DNA of 64,000 nucleotides from Pseudomonadota bacterium (lineage in GTDB: Bacteria > Pseudomonadota > Alphaproteobacteria > UBA1280 > RI-95), in assembly GCA_016125375.1 (NCBI GenBank), contig WGLU01000003.1:36954-100953 (forward strand). The letters run 5' to 3'. The position numbers were made by a program, and so were the translations under genes. Numbering within the stretch: position 1 is the stretch's first letter; the number at the start of each line of letters is the position of its first letter. Below the pieces are notes generated by a model. It ran no database searches and was not told the DNA's origin. It saw only the letters and a program-made list of their open reading frames with translations. Below are positions 8,818 to 18,938 of this stretch, one piece after another.

Positions 8818-9360
8818 ATGGCGGATAAACAAAGCATTTTTGACGGTGTTAAACGGATCGCCATTATCGGCTACAGCAGTTCCGGCAAAACAACGCTCGC
8901 CAATGCCCTTAGCAGAAAACTGGATGTTCCCCATTATTCGCTAGATAAAATCCACCACCTGCCCGGATGGACGCCGCGCCCGTTTGAGGAGTTTGCACGC
9001 GAGCATGACAGCCTGATAGAGGAAAATGCATGGGTGATGGAGGGGAATTACTCCAAAACCATGCCCCAGCGCTTTGCCCGCGCTGATATGATTATCTATA
9101 TGGATTTTAACCGTATGGGCTGTGCCGTCCGTTGTCTTAAACGCTGGTGGCAATGGCGCGGGCAACAGCGGCCGGATGCGCCGGAAGGGTGTTACGAGGC
9201 TTTTCCGGCAGAGTTGTTGCGCTACATTCTGTTTGCATCGGCAAAGCGCAAACCTGTGTGGCAAAAACTGATTGTAGAAAATGCGCACAAACCCATAATA
9301 AGGCTGACCCGGTTCAGCGAACTGAAAGAGTTTTATAAACGCCATGAAGTTTCTCGATGA
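8818..9360 (+). CDS. P-loop NTPase of the topology-modulation (FlaR-like) / adenylate-kinase-like family
   Basis: Walker A 'GYSSSGKTTLA'. 180 aa. Overlaps the obg start by 17 nt. Confidence 0.55.
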   Translation: MADKQSIFDGVKRIAIIGYSSSGKTTLANALSRKLDVPHYSLDKIHHLPGWTPRPFEEFAREHDSLIEENAWVMEGNYSKTMPQRFARADMIIYMDFNRMGCAVRCLKRWWQWRGQQRPDAPEGCYEAFPAELLRYILFASAKRKPVWQKLIVENAHKPIIRLTRFSELKEFYKRHEVSR

Positions 9361-10393
9361 AGTGAAGATTTTTATCTCCTCCGGCCAAGGGGGGGATGGC
9401 TGCGTTGCTTTCCGGCGCGAGAAGTTCGTTCCTTTCGGCGGTCCGGACGGCGGCGACGGTGGTCGTGGCGGTCACGTTATTTTTGAGGCGGCGGATAACC
9501 TGAATACCCTGATCGACTTCCGTTACCATCAGCACTTTAAAGGTGCGCGTGGTGGCCACGGTATGGGTAAGAACCGCACAGGCAAAAGTGCCTCCGATAC
9601 AGTCATCAAAGTACCTGTGGGAACAGAGATTATTGACGACGAAACGGGCGAGATTCTGGCGGACATGACCGAAATCGGTCAGGTTTATATGGCGCTGAAG
9701 GGCGGGGATGGCGGTCAGGGTAACGCACGCTTTGCCACCTCTACCAATCAGGCACCGCGCAAGTTTACACCCGGTCACCCCGGGGAGGAGCGTTGGGTAC
9801 GCCTCAAACTCAAGCTGATTGCCGACATTGGTCTGCTTGGCCTGCCAAACGCAGGTAAGTCCACCTTTTTGGCCAACGTATCCAACGCGCGACCCAAAAT
9901 TGCAGACTATCCTTTTACGACGACCCACCCGCAGCTGGGTATGGTGCGCCACAAGGGGGTCGATTTTGTTGTTGCCGACCTGCCCGGCCTGATAGAAGGG
10001 GCTGCTGACGGTGTGGGTATGGGCCATAAGTTCCTCAAGCACCTCTCTCGTTGTGCAGGCATTCTGCACCTTGTGGATGGGCATTCCGAGGATCCTGCAA
10101 AAGATTATGAAACTATTCGTGAAGAAGTTGCCCAGTACGACGACGGTCTGCTGGAGCTGCCTTATCTGGTCGTGGTGACGAAAATTGACGCCATGGACCC
10201 AGAAAAAGTGACGGAAATGCAAAAAATCCTGAAGAAAGTGTCAGGAAAAAAAGAGGTGATGCTGCTGTCTGCCCCCACCCACGACGGTCTGGACAAAGTT
10301 TTGGACAAGCTGGCAAAGATGGTCGACGACCGCCGCCGCAAAGATGCCGAAAACCAGGAAGAAAACGCCCCCTTCACCGTGAGCCACGGCTAG
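9344..10393 (+). CDS. obg: GTPase Obg/CgtA
   Basis: 'MKFLDEVKIFISSGQGGDGCVAFRREKFVPFGGPDGGDGGRGG' Obg fold, plus G-domain motifs 'GLPNAGKST' and 'DLPGLI'. Confidence 0.9.
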   Translation: MKFLDEVKIFISSGQGGDGCVAFRREKFVPFGGPDGGDGGRGGHVIFEAADNLNTLIDFRYHQHFKGARGGHGMGKNRTGKSASDTVIKVPVGTEIIDDETGEILADMTEIGQVYMALKGGDGGQGNARFATSTNQAPRKFTPGHPGEERWVRLKLKLIADIGLLGLPNAGKSTFLANVSNARPKIADYPFTTTHPQLGMVRHKGVDFVVADLPGLIEGAADGVGMGHKFLKHLSRCAGILHLVDGHSEDPAKDYETIREEVAQYDDGLLELPYLVVVTKIDAMDPEKVTEMQKILKKVSGKKEVMLLSAPTHDGLDKVLDKLAKMVDDRRRKDAENQEENAPFTVSHG

Positions 10394-10405
10394 AGGTATA
10401 CCGCA

Positions 10406-11311
10406 TCATCCTTTTGCAGAAGGATGTGCCTTGTCGTAAACCTCGAGCAGGTGTTTCAAGTCACCTGCGAGGTACCTTTGCGTGGTCGACAGGCTGGCAT
10501 GGCCAAGAAGCTCCTGCACCACACGTAAATCCGCCCCGCCCATCAGCAGGTGGGTGGCAAAGCAGTGCCGCAGGGCATGGGGTGTTAGATGGTCGGAGAG
10601 GTTGAGCTTGAGGCGCAGTTGCTCAAGCAGGCGCTGTACGTAGCGGGGCCCCAGTCTGCCACCGCGTGGTGCCAGAAACAGCGGTGCGTCCGGTTGTGGG
10701 CTGGGGTGGCGGTCATGCCACTGGCCGACCGCATCGCGGACAAGATTAAGCACGGGGACCTGCCGCTGCTTGTTGCCTTTACCGCTGACGATAATACTTT
10801 CTGCCAGAATATCCCCGCAGTTCAGGCTCAGCGCCTCGCTGATACGCAGGCCAAGGCCGTAAAGCACCATGAGCAGGGCAAAGTTTTGACGGTCAACCCA
10901 GCCGCTTTTCTCGTTCGGTGTAATGTACCGCAGGAGGCGGGCCGTATCGGTTTCATTCAGGGCATGGGGTGGGGGTGGGCGGTTGCGCACGCTGCGGGCC
11001 TGTAGCACGGCTTCGTTCTGCAAACCCTCGCGACGGGCCAGATAGCGGTAATAGGCGCGAATGGCGCTCAGGCGGCGGTTGACGGTGGTTTTGCTCAGTT
11101 TTTCGTTAAGCTGGCAACGGGCAAGATAGGCTGTCAGGTCGGTATGCGCGACCTGCATCAGACCATCCTTATTCATAGCCTGCCCCAGATGGCTGGCCAT
11201 GAACTGGCGAAAGTGAATAATATCCCGTTCGTAGGCAGCCAGCGTGTGGGCGGAGTAGCGCTTCTCGTGGCGCAGGTAGTCCAGAAAGCCTTTGAGCAGG
11301 GTATCTGTCAT
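10406..11311 (-). CDS. xerC: tyrosine recombinase XerC (chromosome dimer resolution)
   Basis: 'HALRHCFATHLL...LGHASLSTTQRY' catalytic RHRY region. It is paired with an upstream DUF484 gene, as in many proteobacteria. Confidence 0.8.
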   Translation of the reverse strand: MTDTLLKGFLDYLRHEKRYSAHTLAAYERDIIHFRQFMASHLGQAMNKDGLMQVAHTDLTAYLARCQLNEKLSKTTVNRRLSAIRAYYRYLARREGLQNEAVLQARSVRNRPPPPHALNETDTARLLRYITPNEKSGWVDRQNFALLMVLYGLGLRISEALSLNCGDILAESIIVSGKGNKQRQVPVLNLVRDAVGQWHDRHPSPQPDAPLFLAPRGGRLGPRYVQRLLEQLRLKLNLSDHLTPHALRHCFATHLLMGGADLRVVQELLGHASLSTTQRYLAGDLKHLLEVYDKAHPSAKG

Positions 11312-12024
11312 TAAACCGCCTGTTTGCGTTTGGCGTCGCCGTCCGTCCAGCGCATCAGGGCGCAGCCCATCAGTCCGCCAAGGAAAGCGAGCAGATCGCC
11401 GGCCTGACCGGCGTGGAAACGATCACGGCGGGTACTGCCCAGCGCTAGCAGGCCCAGTGGCGTGCCGTCTGCGGTACGGATGCGGACAAGGGCGTCCGAT
11501 TGCAGCGCTGTTTGTTTTTCGCCATGCATGGTGCGGTCGTCGTCGGCACACAGGGTACGCAGTTTGGTGCCGTCGCCGTTCTTGAAGAAGGTATCCATTT
11601 GTGTGGTGCTGGCAGACGTTGTGCCGGCGGCGCCGTCAATATCCAGTGTTTCCAACAGGCAAAGGGTGACGGTTTCCACATCCATCGTGGTGCGCAGGGT
11701 GGTATCCAGAACGTCAAGCATCCCCTTCCAGTCGGCGGCGCCCAGCAGTTGCAGGGCAAGGTCATGGATCTGCGCCTGGCTCTCCATGTTTTGCAGGGAT
11801 GTGTGAATCAACAGGCGGTTTTTTTCTTCCAGTTTTTCCACCTGTGTTTGCAGGCGGCGTGCCTGAAATGCTGTCATGCTGGCGATATTGCCGCCTTCAA
11901 CGCCTTCCGGCAGGCTCAGGCGGGCAAAAAGATCGGGGCGCTGGGCCAGAAAATCCGTGTGCTTTTTCAGGAAAAGCTCAACGGCTTCGGGAGTGAGGGT
12001 GGCGGTAGACAGCTCTTTTTGCAT
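11311..12024 (-). CDS. DUF484 (GAF-like) protein conserved upstream of xerC
   Basis: 237 aa with 'FLAQRPDLF' and a GAF-like middle region. Its stop codon overlaps xerC by 1 nt. Confidence 0.6.
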   Translation of the reverse strand: MQKELSTATLTPEAVELFLKKHTDFLAQRPDLFARLSLPEGVEGGNIASMTAFQARRLQTQVEKLEEKNRLLIHTSLQNMESQAQIHDLALQLLGAADWKGMLDVLDTTLRTTMDVETVTLCLLETLDIDGAAGTTSASTTQMDTFFKNGDGTKLRTLCADDDRTMHGEKQTALQSDALVRIRTADGTPLGLLALGSTRRDRFHAGQAGDLLAFLGGLMGCALMRWTDGDAKRKQAV

Positions 12025-12254
12025 TTTTTTTGTTTCCTAGGTGCGAAATATTTATTTTCAAGTGCTGTGAAGTAACTGTTTGCACCCCACATGTAATCTT
12101 GTAAGACGCCCGAAATTTTGGGCTCCGGTTCGGAAAGTCGGGCGTCCTGCTTCCCTCTTGTTTCTCTGGGCGCGTCCGAAAGGGCGCGTCTTTTTTTCCG
12201 GTGTGTTACAATCCAAGTCTAGCAAAACTTAACGCCCGTGGTAAATGTTCCGTT

Positions 12255-14390
12255 ATGACCGTTGTTCGTGTCACTGTTCCGCTTTTTCTGCCCAAGGCGC
12301 TCGATTACGCCTTGGAAGAGGGTGCGCAGGGGGTGCTGAACCGTTTTGTGGAAGTACCGGTAGGTAAGAAAAAGGTCCACGGTCTGGTCACGGAACTGCC
12401 GGAAAGCTCCCCTTTCGACAAACTAAAAACCGCAACTTTGTTGGATGCACCGGCGGTTAGCGCCCAGACGAGCCAATTTTACCACTGGGTGGCGCGTTAT
12501 ACCCTGAGTTATCCGGGCGAGAGCCTGCGGGCTGCGTTGCCCGGTGGTTATGTACCAGAGCCTGTGGTACCGGATACGGGCTATTTGCCGACAGGTAAAA
12601 TGCCAGAAAAAATGACAGATACCCGTAAAAAGGTGCTTGATACGTCAGCAGAATGTGGTGAGGCACTGACACAGGCCGAGCTGGCGCGGCGAGCGGGTGT
12701 TTCACCTGCTGTCGTTAAAGGTTTGGCGGAACAGGGGTGCCTGCGCGCCGTCCCGATTCTGGATGCCGAGCCTGTTCTGTCACCGGCGCAGGTTCCCACA
12801 TTATCAGCCGCACAGAAGGCAGCGGCCGATGCCGTGGCGGCAGCGATGACAGGGCGCACCTTCACACCGTTCCTGCTTGATGGCGTGACAGGCAGCGGTA
12901 AGACCGAAGTATATTTTGATGTGTTGGCCGAGCAACTGGCGCAGTCTGACGGGCAAAGCCTGATTCTGGTGCCCGAAATCGCCCTCACGCCGCAATGGCT
13001 GGACAGGTTCGAGAAGCGTTTCGGCTTCAGGCCGGATGTATGGCACTCCTCTATCGCCGATGGCGCACGCCGTAAAACGTGGTGGCGCGTGCTGGAGGGC
13101 AAGGCGCGTGTGGTGATTGGCGCCCGCTCTGCGCTTTTTCTGCCGTTTGCCGACCTGCGCCTTGTTGTGGTGGATGAGGAACATGACAGCAGCTACAAGC
13201 AGGAGGAAGTCTTCCGCTACCATGGCCGTGACATGGCGATTGTCCGTGCCCGGCTGGCAAATTGTCCGGTTGTGCTGGCCTCTGCTACCCCCTCGCTGGA
13301 AAGCTGGAACAACACGGCTGAAGGGCGTTATACGCTGCTCCATTTGCCCGAGCGCCACGGGGATGCCCAGCTGCCCGCTGTACGGATGATTGACTTGCGA
13401 CAGAGCAAGACGGGGGCGGATGCCTACCTGTCGCCAACGCTGCTCGCGGCGATAGAAGACCGGCTGGCAAAGGGCGAGCAGACGCTCCTGTTCCTCAACC
13501 GCCGCGGTTACGCGCCGCTATTGATTTGCCGTGGCTGCGGTCACCGCTTTAACTGCCCCAGTTGCGACGCCTCGTTGGTGGTGCACGGTGCGCGCCTGAC
13601 CTGCCACCATTGCGGCTTTACCGAACACACGCCAGAAACCTGCCCCAGTTGCGACAGCCCCAGCCTGCACGCTTTTGGGCCCGGTACCCGCAAGGTCATT
13701 CAAGAGGTTCTGCAGCACTTTCCGCATGCCCGTGCCGCCGTGGCCGACCGGGACAGTGTGCAGAGCGACGCCGATATGGCCGATATCGTCACGCGTATGG
13801 AACAAGGTGCGCTGGATATTCTTATTGGCACGCAAATGATTGCAAAAGGGCACCACTTCCCCAACCTGACGCTGGTCGGTGTGATTGACGCTGATATGGG
13901 GCTAGCGCACGGGGATTTGCGCGCGGCTGAACGCACATTCCAGCTCCTGACGCAAGTTGCGGGGCGTGCGGGTCGTGCCGAAAAGCCCGGCGAGGTTCTG
14001 CTGCAAACCTATAACCCCGAGCATCCGCTTTTTGCAGCTCTCAAAACTTTTGACCGTGACGCCTTCTATGCGCTTGAGCTTAAAAGCCGTAAGGGAGGCG
14101 GGTTCCCGCCGTTTGGCCGCCTGACCGCACTGATTTTGAGTGGCCCGCGCGAAGGGGAGGTCATCACCTGCGGCCAGCATCTGGCACGGCAATTCCCTCA
14201 GGCGGACGGCCTGCGTCTGCTCGGCCCCGCGCCCGCACCCATAGCCCGCGTACGTGACAAGTACCGCTACCGCCTGTTGGTACGCAGCAGTCAACCTGCT
14301 CATGCATTGGTAAAGCACTGGCTGGAGAGTACTCCCGTGCCGAAGGGAGTGCGGATAGATATAGATGTGGATCCGCAAAGTTTTTATTGA
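12255..14390 (+). CDS. priA: primosomal protein N' (PriA replication-restart helicase)
   Basis: Walker A 'GVTGSGKT', 'DEEH' box, and Cys-rich Zn-binding region 'CRGCGHRFNCPSCDASL...CHHCG...CPSCDS'. Confidence 0.9.
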   Translation: MTVVRVTVPLFLPKALDYALEEGAQGVLNRFVEVPVGKKKVHGLVTELPESSPFDKLKTATLLDAPAVSAQTSQFYHWVARYTLSYPGESLRAALPGGYVPEPVVPDTGYLPTGKMPEKMTDTRKKVLDTSAECGEALTQAELARRAGVSPAVVKGLAEQGCLRAVPILDAEPVLSPAQVPTLSAAQKAAADAVAAAMTGRTFTPFLLDGVTGSGKTEVYFDVLAEQLAQSDGQSLILVPEIALTPQWLDRFEKRFGFRPDVWHSSIADGARRKTWWRVLEGKARVVIGARSALFLPFADLRLVVVDEEHDSSYKQEEVFRYHGRDMAIVRARLANCPVVLASATPSLESWNNTAEGRYTLLHLPERHGDAQLPAVRMIDLRQSKTGADAYLSPTLLAAIEDRLAKGEQTLLFLNRRGYAPLLICRGCGHRFNCPSCDASLVVHGARLTCHHCGFTEHTPETCPSCDSPSLHAFGPGTRKVIQEVLQHFPHARAAVADRDSVQSDADMADIVTRMEQGALDILIGTQMIAKGHHFPNLTLVGVIDADMGLAHGDLRAAERTFQLLTQVAGRAGRAEKPGEVLLQTYNPEHPLFAALKTFDRDAFYALELKSRKGGGFPPFGRLTALILSGPREGEVITCGQHLARQFPQADGLRLLGPAPAPIARVRDKYRYRLLVRSSQPAHALVKHWLESTPVPKGVRIDIDVDPQSFY

Positions 14391-15109
14391 GCGCTGACAA
14401 ACTGCCAGATACTGGCGCCCTGCCGGAGGACAGCCTGGCCTGCCGCCTCATCAAAGGCGTGGAAGGTGTAGTGCTTCTCGGCGCTGCCGGTGTAGCGCAC
14501 AATCACGCGTTTGGCAGGTCGCTTGTCGGACGTGGCGATATGGATGACCTCTACCCCCAGCCCGCGTGTTTTGGCAAAGGCAAGCATCTCCGGCAGGTTA
14601 TGGCTGTGATTTATCAGCGTAATGGTACCGTTTTGTTTGGTGTGATCAGCCATCAGGTGCAGCCAATTGCCTAGAGTTGCTTCGGTCAGGCCGTGGGCGG
14701 TCCGCAAGGTGGGGCTTTGCTTCTCGAACCCGCGCTCTGTGACGTAGAAGGGTGGATTGGCCACGCTATGGTCTGCCCTAAAGTTTGGCGACAGGGGCGA
14801 TTGCGCTACATCGCCACGGATAAGCTGCACACGTGCCATGCGGCCGTTCAGGTTGATGTTTTTACGCGCGTACAGGCACATGTTCTCCTGTAACTCCAAA
14901 GCAGTCAGGCACAGGTTCAGATCTTTCAGGCGTTCTAAAAGGCATAGGCCCAATGCGCCTGTGCCGAAGCCCGGCTCGAACAGATGCTCCCCCCGTAAAG
15001 GTTCAACGGCAGATGCCGCCCATACCGCGTCGCTAGTCGGGGCATAAAGTTGGGGCGTGTGAACAAACTTCACACGCCCCCCCAGTAAGGTGATGATTTG
15101 AGCGGTCAT
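14384..15109 (-). CDS. class I SAM-dependent N6-adenine-type methyltransferase (NPPF motif; TrmN6/YfiC-like)
   Basis: 'VANPPFY' motif IV and a 'FEPGFGTGALGL' SAM-binding glycine-rich loop. Confidence 0.5.
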   Translation of the reverse strand: MTAQIITLLGGRVKFVHTPQLYAPTSDAVWAASAVEPLRGEHLFEPGFGTGALGLCLLERLKDLNLCLTALELQENMCLYARKNINLNGRMARVQLIRGDVAQSPLSPNFRADHSVANPPFYVTERGFEKQSPTLRTAHGLTEATLGNWLHLMADHTKQNGTITLINHSHNLPEMLAFAKTRGLGVEVIHIATSDKRPAKRVIVRYTGSAEKHYTFHAFDEAAGQAVLRQGASIWQFVSAQ

Positions 15110-15119
15110 CCTGCCACCC

Positions 15120-18005
15120 TTATTTGGCTTGCAGCCCTTCTACCACGTGGGTATAGCGCTGGCGGCTCCAGTGGCGGTTGTGGGCACCACAGATAAGGTG
15201 ATTCTCGATGATGTTGCAACGAACTACCGCATCAAGAACGGTTCTGCCGTCGTTCATCGGGTAGGCATAGGTCAACTCGGTCGTATTTTTGTCCGGATTG
15301 TAGTAGCCCTCCAGCTCAATTGGCTCAGGCGTTGATGGGTGCAGAATCGTCCCTGTAACCGGATATACGGACAGGACTGCGCTTGTACCGTCAGCCATTT
15401 CCACGTTGCGTTGGATAATGCTGCCGGATGTGGTGATGTTCAGGATGCTCCCCACGGGCAGAACGTGGTCGGAGTTTGCGTCCGACGGAGAGAGCTGCTT
15501 GGTGATACCGAAGCGGCCATTGGGACGGATAGGTGCGCCAACCTTATCGGCGATTTGTTTGAAGATGTAGGGTTTGCCGTCACCTTCAGCTTTGACCACC
15601 AGCTCGCCGTTATCCATCTGGATAGACTTGATACGACCAAAGGCGCGGCCAACAGGCATGTCTTCCACCTGGCTCAGCAACTGGTCCAGCGGAATCGTCA
15701 ACTCCAGTGTTTCCGGGTTCACATCCGCACTCAGGCGCATTTTGTAGGTGCGGCCTTTATCGGTGATAAAGTTCTCGCTTACCTCAACCATGCCTACGGC
15801 ACTGGTCAGTGTCACGTTGGCCTTAAGCAGGTCGCTGCTGGGGCTGATTTCGATCGTGACGATGTGCAGATTATCGTCTATACGGCTGTAGCCGTAGGTC
15901 CCGACGTGTTTGTTTACTGCCTCGCGGAACTCTTTCAGGTAGGGTTCAGCCGCACGCAGATAGGACTGGTCGGTAATAACCATGAAGCGTTTTGCAGCTT
16001 CTTGCAGGTCGCCACGGTCATAGGCGTCAATACCGCGCATCAGCGAGGCAATCTGCGGACGGAGTTTTTCCGCACTTTCACGGAACTTCTCGCTGCCGGC
16101 TTTCCAGACTTTACGGGCATCATCCAGATCCTTGAGGCGCGTCAGCGACTCGTTGATGATGAAGTTATAGGTAATCTCGGGCTTCCAGCGTTCGGCCAGT
16201 TTGCTCCCTACTTCAGCCAGTTCAGGTGCAGTAATGCTCTTGTCATTGCTGATGCCCAGTTTAATGGCTGTGGTCAGGTGCTTGTCGCGGTCGGCTTTGT
16301 CCAGCTCGTCGTACATGCTAAGCAGGGCATTGGCTGTGCCGTACGGGCCTGCGGCGTTTACAGCCGCAGCGCGCAGGCGCGACTGGACGATTTCGGGGCG
16401 CGTGGCAAACTTCTGCTTGATGTAATCCAGCTTGGGATTGAGGTCGATGCGGGCTTCCTCGAACGAGCGCAGCAGGTCGCGTGGCGTGTAGGAAGCGATT
16501 TTATCGGCAACTTCCGGACTGGCCAGGTAGTCGCTGAACAGCTCGGACAGTTTGACTTCCAGGCTGAAGTTAATCTTCAGCGTGTTGGACAGGAAGTCGG
16601 CCAGACGCTCGATACGCTCGAAATCGTTGGTATTCCAGCTTTCCTGAATGCTCTCGATGACCAGACCGGCCACCTTGTCCACACTGTTGGCAACAACGTT
16701 CGGCTCGTAAGACGCGTAGTTGACCAGCGCGTCGACGTTTTTGGTGCCGACCGCCTTGGCAACGGCCTGCTCCAGCAGGTGGTTGGTCTGTTCGGTGAAG
16801 TTAAGCTGGTCGGCGTCGGAGCGGTAGATAATCTCCTTAAGCACGGGCACGATATCGTATCCTTCGTCCAGCATGTCCTTCAGGCGGCGCAACATAACGA
16901 TGTTGTTATCAATAATGACCTGAGAGGGCATTTTAGACAGGTCAACGTTGTCGTACATAAAGGTTAGCGGCTGGTCGAGGGCAATATTGTCCAGCGCCGG
17001 ACCAAAGAACGACTTCCAGCGGTTGGGATCGGCCGCATCGTAGACAATCGCCAGTTTGATCAGGCGTGTCTTGACGTAAATCTGGTGGTTCTTGAAGCCC
17101 TGTACGGGGGTGATTTTTTCGGACAGGCGGGCGATGACGGTCTCGTCGTTGGACATGTCGTCAAGGATATGGGACAGCAGCTTGCTGTTCTCATCACTCT
17201 CCTGCGCCTCAAGCCCGAAGGATTTGAAGAAGCTCAACATCGTTGTAAAGTAAACATCCCCGGCGTTTTCTGCTTCCGATTTTGTAACAGCGGTCATGTA
17301 CAGGAAGGTGATGGCCTTCATGGCGCGTTCGAGGTCAGGAGGGGAGATGTTTTCAAACACTGCCGGTGCGGCAGCCACTGCTGCGGGCAGGTCGTTATTC
17401 AGAATGCTTTGGTAGTAACTTGCTGTTTTGGCAATCGGGCTGTCAGCCTCTGCGGTGTTTTTAATGGCTTCCAGAATCATGCCGGCGGAATCTGCACGGC
17501 GTGCGGCCAGTTCGGCGTAGGCTTCATCCATCAGCATGCCGACCAGACGGGCTTTGGGCGCGCTATCTGGCAGGGCGTTTGCCACGAAAGCGTTATAAGA
17601 CTCCGGGCTTTGCTTTTGCGAAATTAGACGCGTCGCGTTCCGCAGAACCTTTTCGTAAACGTCGTAGGAGGTACCGTCGGGCAGCTTGACGGGGCCCTTA
17701 ACGGCGGACAAATATTTGCGGATTTTTTGCAGTGTCGCGGGGTCTTTTTGTGCGCAATCAATCGTGACGCACTTGGTGGTCAAAAGCTCGGCAACCATGC
17801 CGTTAATCGACGGGGCCGATTCTTCATCCACACCTTCGGCAATCGCTTTCTCAAGGGTCTGAATGGCTTCATCCCGCTTGCCTTCGTTCAGAAGTTCCAA
17901 GGCTTTTTCGCGGGGATTTTGGCCGCAACCCGCAAGGGCGACCAGCAATACAGCAAACAAGACCGAGCGCATGGATAGAGCACCCCATTTTTTATTTTTC
18001 TTCAT
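15120..18005 (-). CDS. large (961 aa) predicted lipoprotein of unknown function
   Basis: Lipobox 'LVALAGCGQ' after a signal peptide. TPR-like N-terminal helix pair. No catalytic motifs recognised. Confidence 0.55.
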   Translation of the reverse strand: MKKNKKWGALSMRSVLFAVLLVALAGCGQNPREKALELLNEGKRDEAIQTLEKAIAEGVDEESAPSINGMVAELLTTKCVTIDCAQKDPATLQKIRKYLSAVKGPVKLPDGTSYDVYEKVLRNATRLISQKQSPESYNAFVANALPDSAPKARLVGMLMDEAYAELAARRADSAGMILEAIKNTAEADSPIAKTASYYQSILNNDLPAAVAAAPAVFENISPPDLERAMKAITFLYMTAVTKSEAENAGDVYFTTMLSFFKSFGLEAQESDENSKLLSHILDDMSNDETVIARLSEKITPVQGFKNHQIYVKTRLIKLAIVYDAADPNRWKSFFGPALDNIALDQPLTFMYDNVDLSKMPSQVIIDNNIVMLRRLKDMLDEGYDIVPVLKEIIYRSDADQLNFTEQTNHLLEQAVAKAVGTKNVDALVNYASYEPNVVANSVDKVAGLVIESIQESWNTNDFERIERLADFLSNTLKINFSLEVKLSELFSDYLASPEVADKIASYTPRDLLRSFEEARIDLNPKLDYIKQKFATRPEIVQSRLRAAAVNAAGPYGTANALLSMYDELDKADRDKHLTTAIKLGISNDKSITAPELAEVGSKLAERWKPEITYNFIINESLTRLKDLDDARKVWKAGSEKFRESAEKLRPQIASLMRGIDAYDRGDLQEAAKRFMVITDQSYLRAAEPYLKEFREAVNKHVGTYGYSRIDDNLHIVTIEISPSSDLLKANVTLTSAVGMVEVSENFITDKGRTYKMRLSADVNPETLELTIPLDQLLSQVEDMPVGRAFGRIKSIQMDNGELVVKAEGDGKPYIFKQIADKVGAPIRPNGRFGITKQLSPSDANSDHVLPVGSILNITTSGSIIQRNVEMADGTSAVLSVYPVTGTILHPSTPEPIELEGYYNPDKNTTELTYAYPMNDGRTVLDAVVRCNIIENHLICGAHNRHWSRQRYTHVVEGLQAK

Positions 18006-18032
18006 GTACTGTTCAGTCTAAAGTTTAAGCCA

Positions 18033-18938
18033 TTGTTTGTACAGAAAAAACAAGGGGTAATGGTTATGCCTGAACGTCCTGTTCGGATGATTGCTAAGGC
18101 GCTGTTTACACTGGCGATTACGCTTTGCTCGTGGGGGCAAAGCGCTGTGGCGGATGATTGGTACCAGGCGGGTGAGGTGCTGACCTTTAATGTGTCGTAT
18201 CGTATGGGATTCTTTGATATTTCCGCCGGTCAGGCAGAGCTGCACTATGCGCCGGGCACAGACCATCGTTACACCCTCACCGCCCGCGCCTGGAACCGAG
18301 ACGGTGTGAAGGGCATCATCCAGATGCGTGACCGGATTGTGGCAAAAGGGCAACATGGTTCGGCGCAATCCTTTTTGACCGATACCTACACACTGCGTTT
18401 GAACGAAAATGACTATAAGGCTGACAAACTAGTCATTTTTGACCGCAAAAACGCTACAACCAGTTACACAAACCGCCGCGCACCCAACGAGCCTGCGAAA
18501 GTTCAGCCCTTGAAAGACCATGCCCGAGACCTATTTTCGGCGCTGTACAGTTTGCGTATGAGTGCTGTTGAAACAGACACCGGAAAAGTGTATACACTCC
18601 CTATCCGCGAGCTTGACCGTGCGCTGACCTTACAGGTAAAAGTGTTAGGGCATGAACGGCTGGAAACAAAGGCAGGCACATTCAATGCACTGCATGTGCA
18701 ACCGGTAACAATGGATGGACCGGATGGCCGTAAGAAAGACCGCCTGCATATCTGGGTGACAGATGATGCGCGGCATATGCCGCTACGGATAGAATTGCGT
18801 ATGGCGCTGGGTGCGTTTACGGGTGAGTTAGCCAGTTATGGCGGCCTGAATACACCAAGCCGTGCGCCAGAAGATTTGCCCCTGAGTGGCGATGTAACAA
18901 TGACGAAAGAGGTTCTACCCCATGCCAACCCGCTTTGA
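18033..18938 (+). CDS. DUF3108-family exported protein
   Basis: Signal peptide plus the characteristic C-terminal region 'KAGTFNALHVQP...DRLHIWVTDDARHMPLRIE'. Confidence 0.55.
   Translation: MFVQKKQGVMVMPERPVRMIAKALFTLAITLCSWGQSAVADDWYQAGEVLTFNVSYRMGFFDISAGQAELHYAPGTDHRYTLTARAWNRDGVKGIIQMRDRIVAKGQHGSAQSFLTDTYTLRLNENDYKADKLVIFDRKNATTSYTNRRAPNEPAKVQPLKDHARDLFSALYSLRMSAVETDTGKVYTLPIRELDRALTLQVKVLGHERLETKAGTFNALHVQPVTMDGPDGRKKDRLHIWVTDDARHMPLRIELRMALGAFTGELASYGGLNTPSRAPEDLPLSGDVTMTKEVLPHANPL

Noticed and set aside
10406-11311. tyrosine recombinase as a possible mobile-element integrase
   Set aside because: It is paired with DUF484 and lies between obg and priA in a housekeeping context. That fits XerC for chromosome dimer resolution, not a phage or ICE integrase.
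15339-16967. 542-aa plus-strand ORF inside the large lipoprotein gene
   Set aside because: Antisense to a coherent 961-aa gene. Val/Gly/Asp-rich low-information composition.
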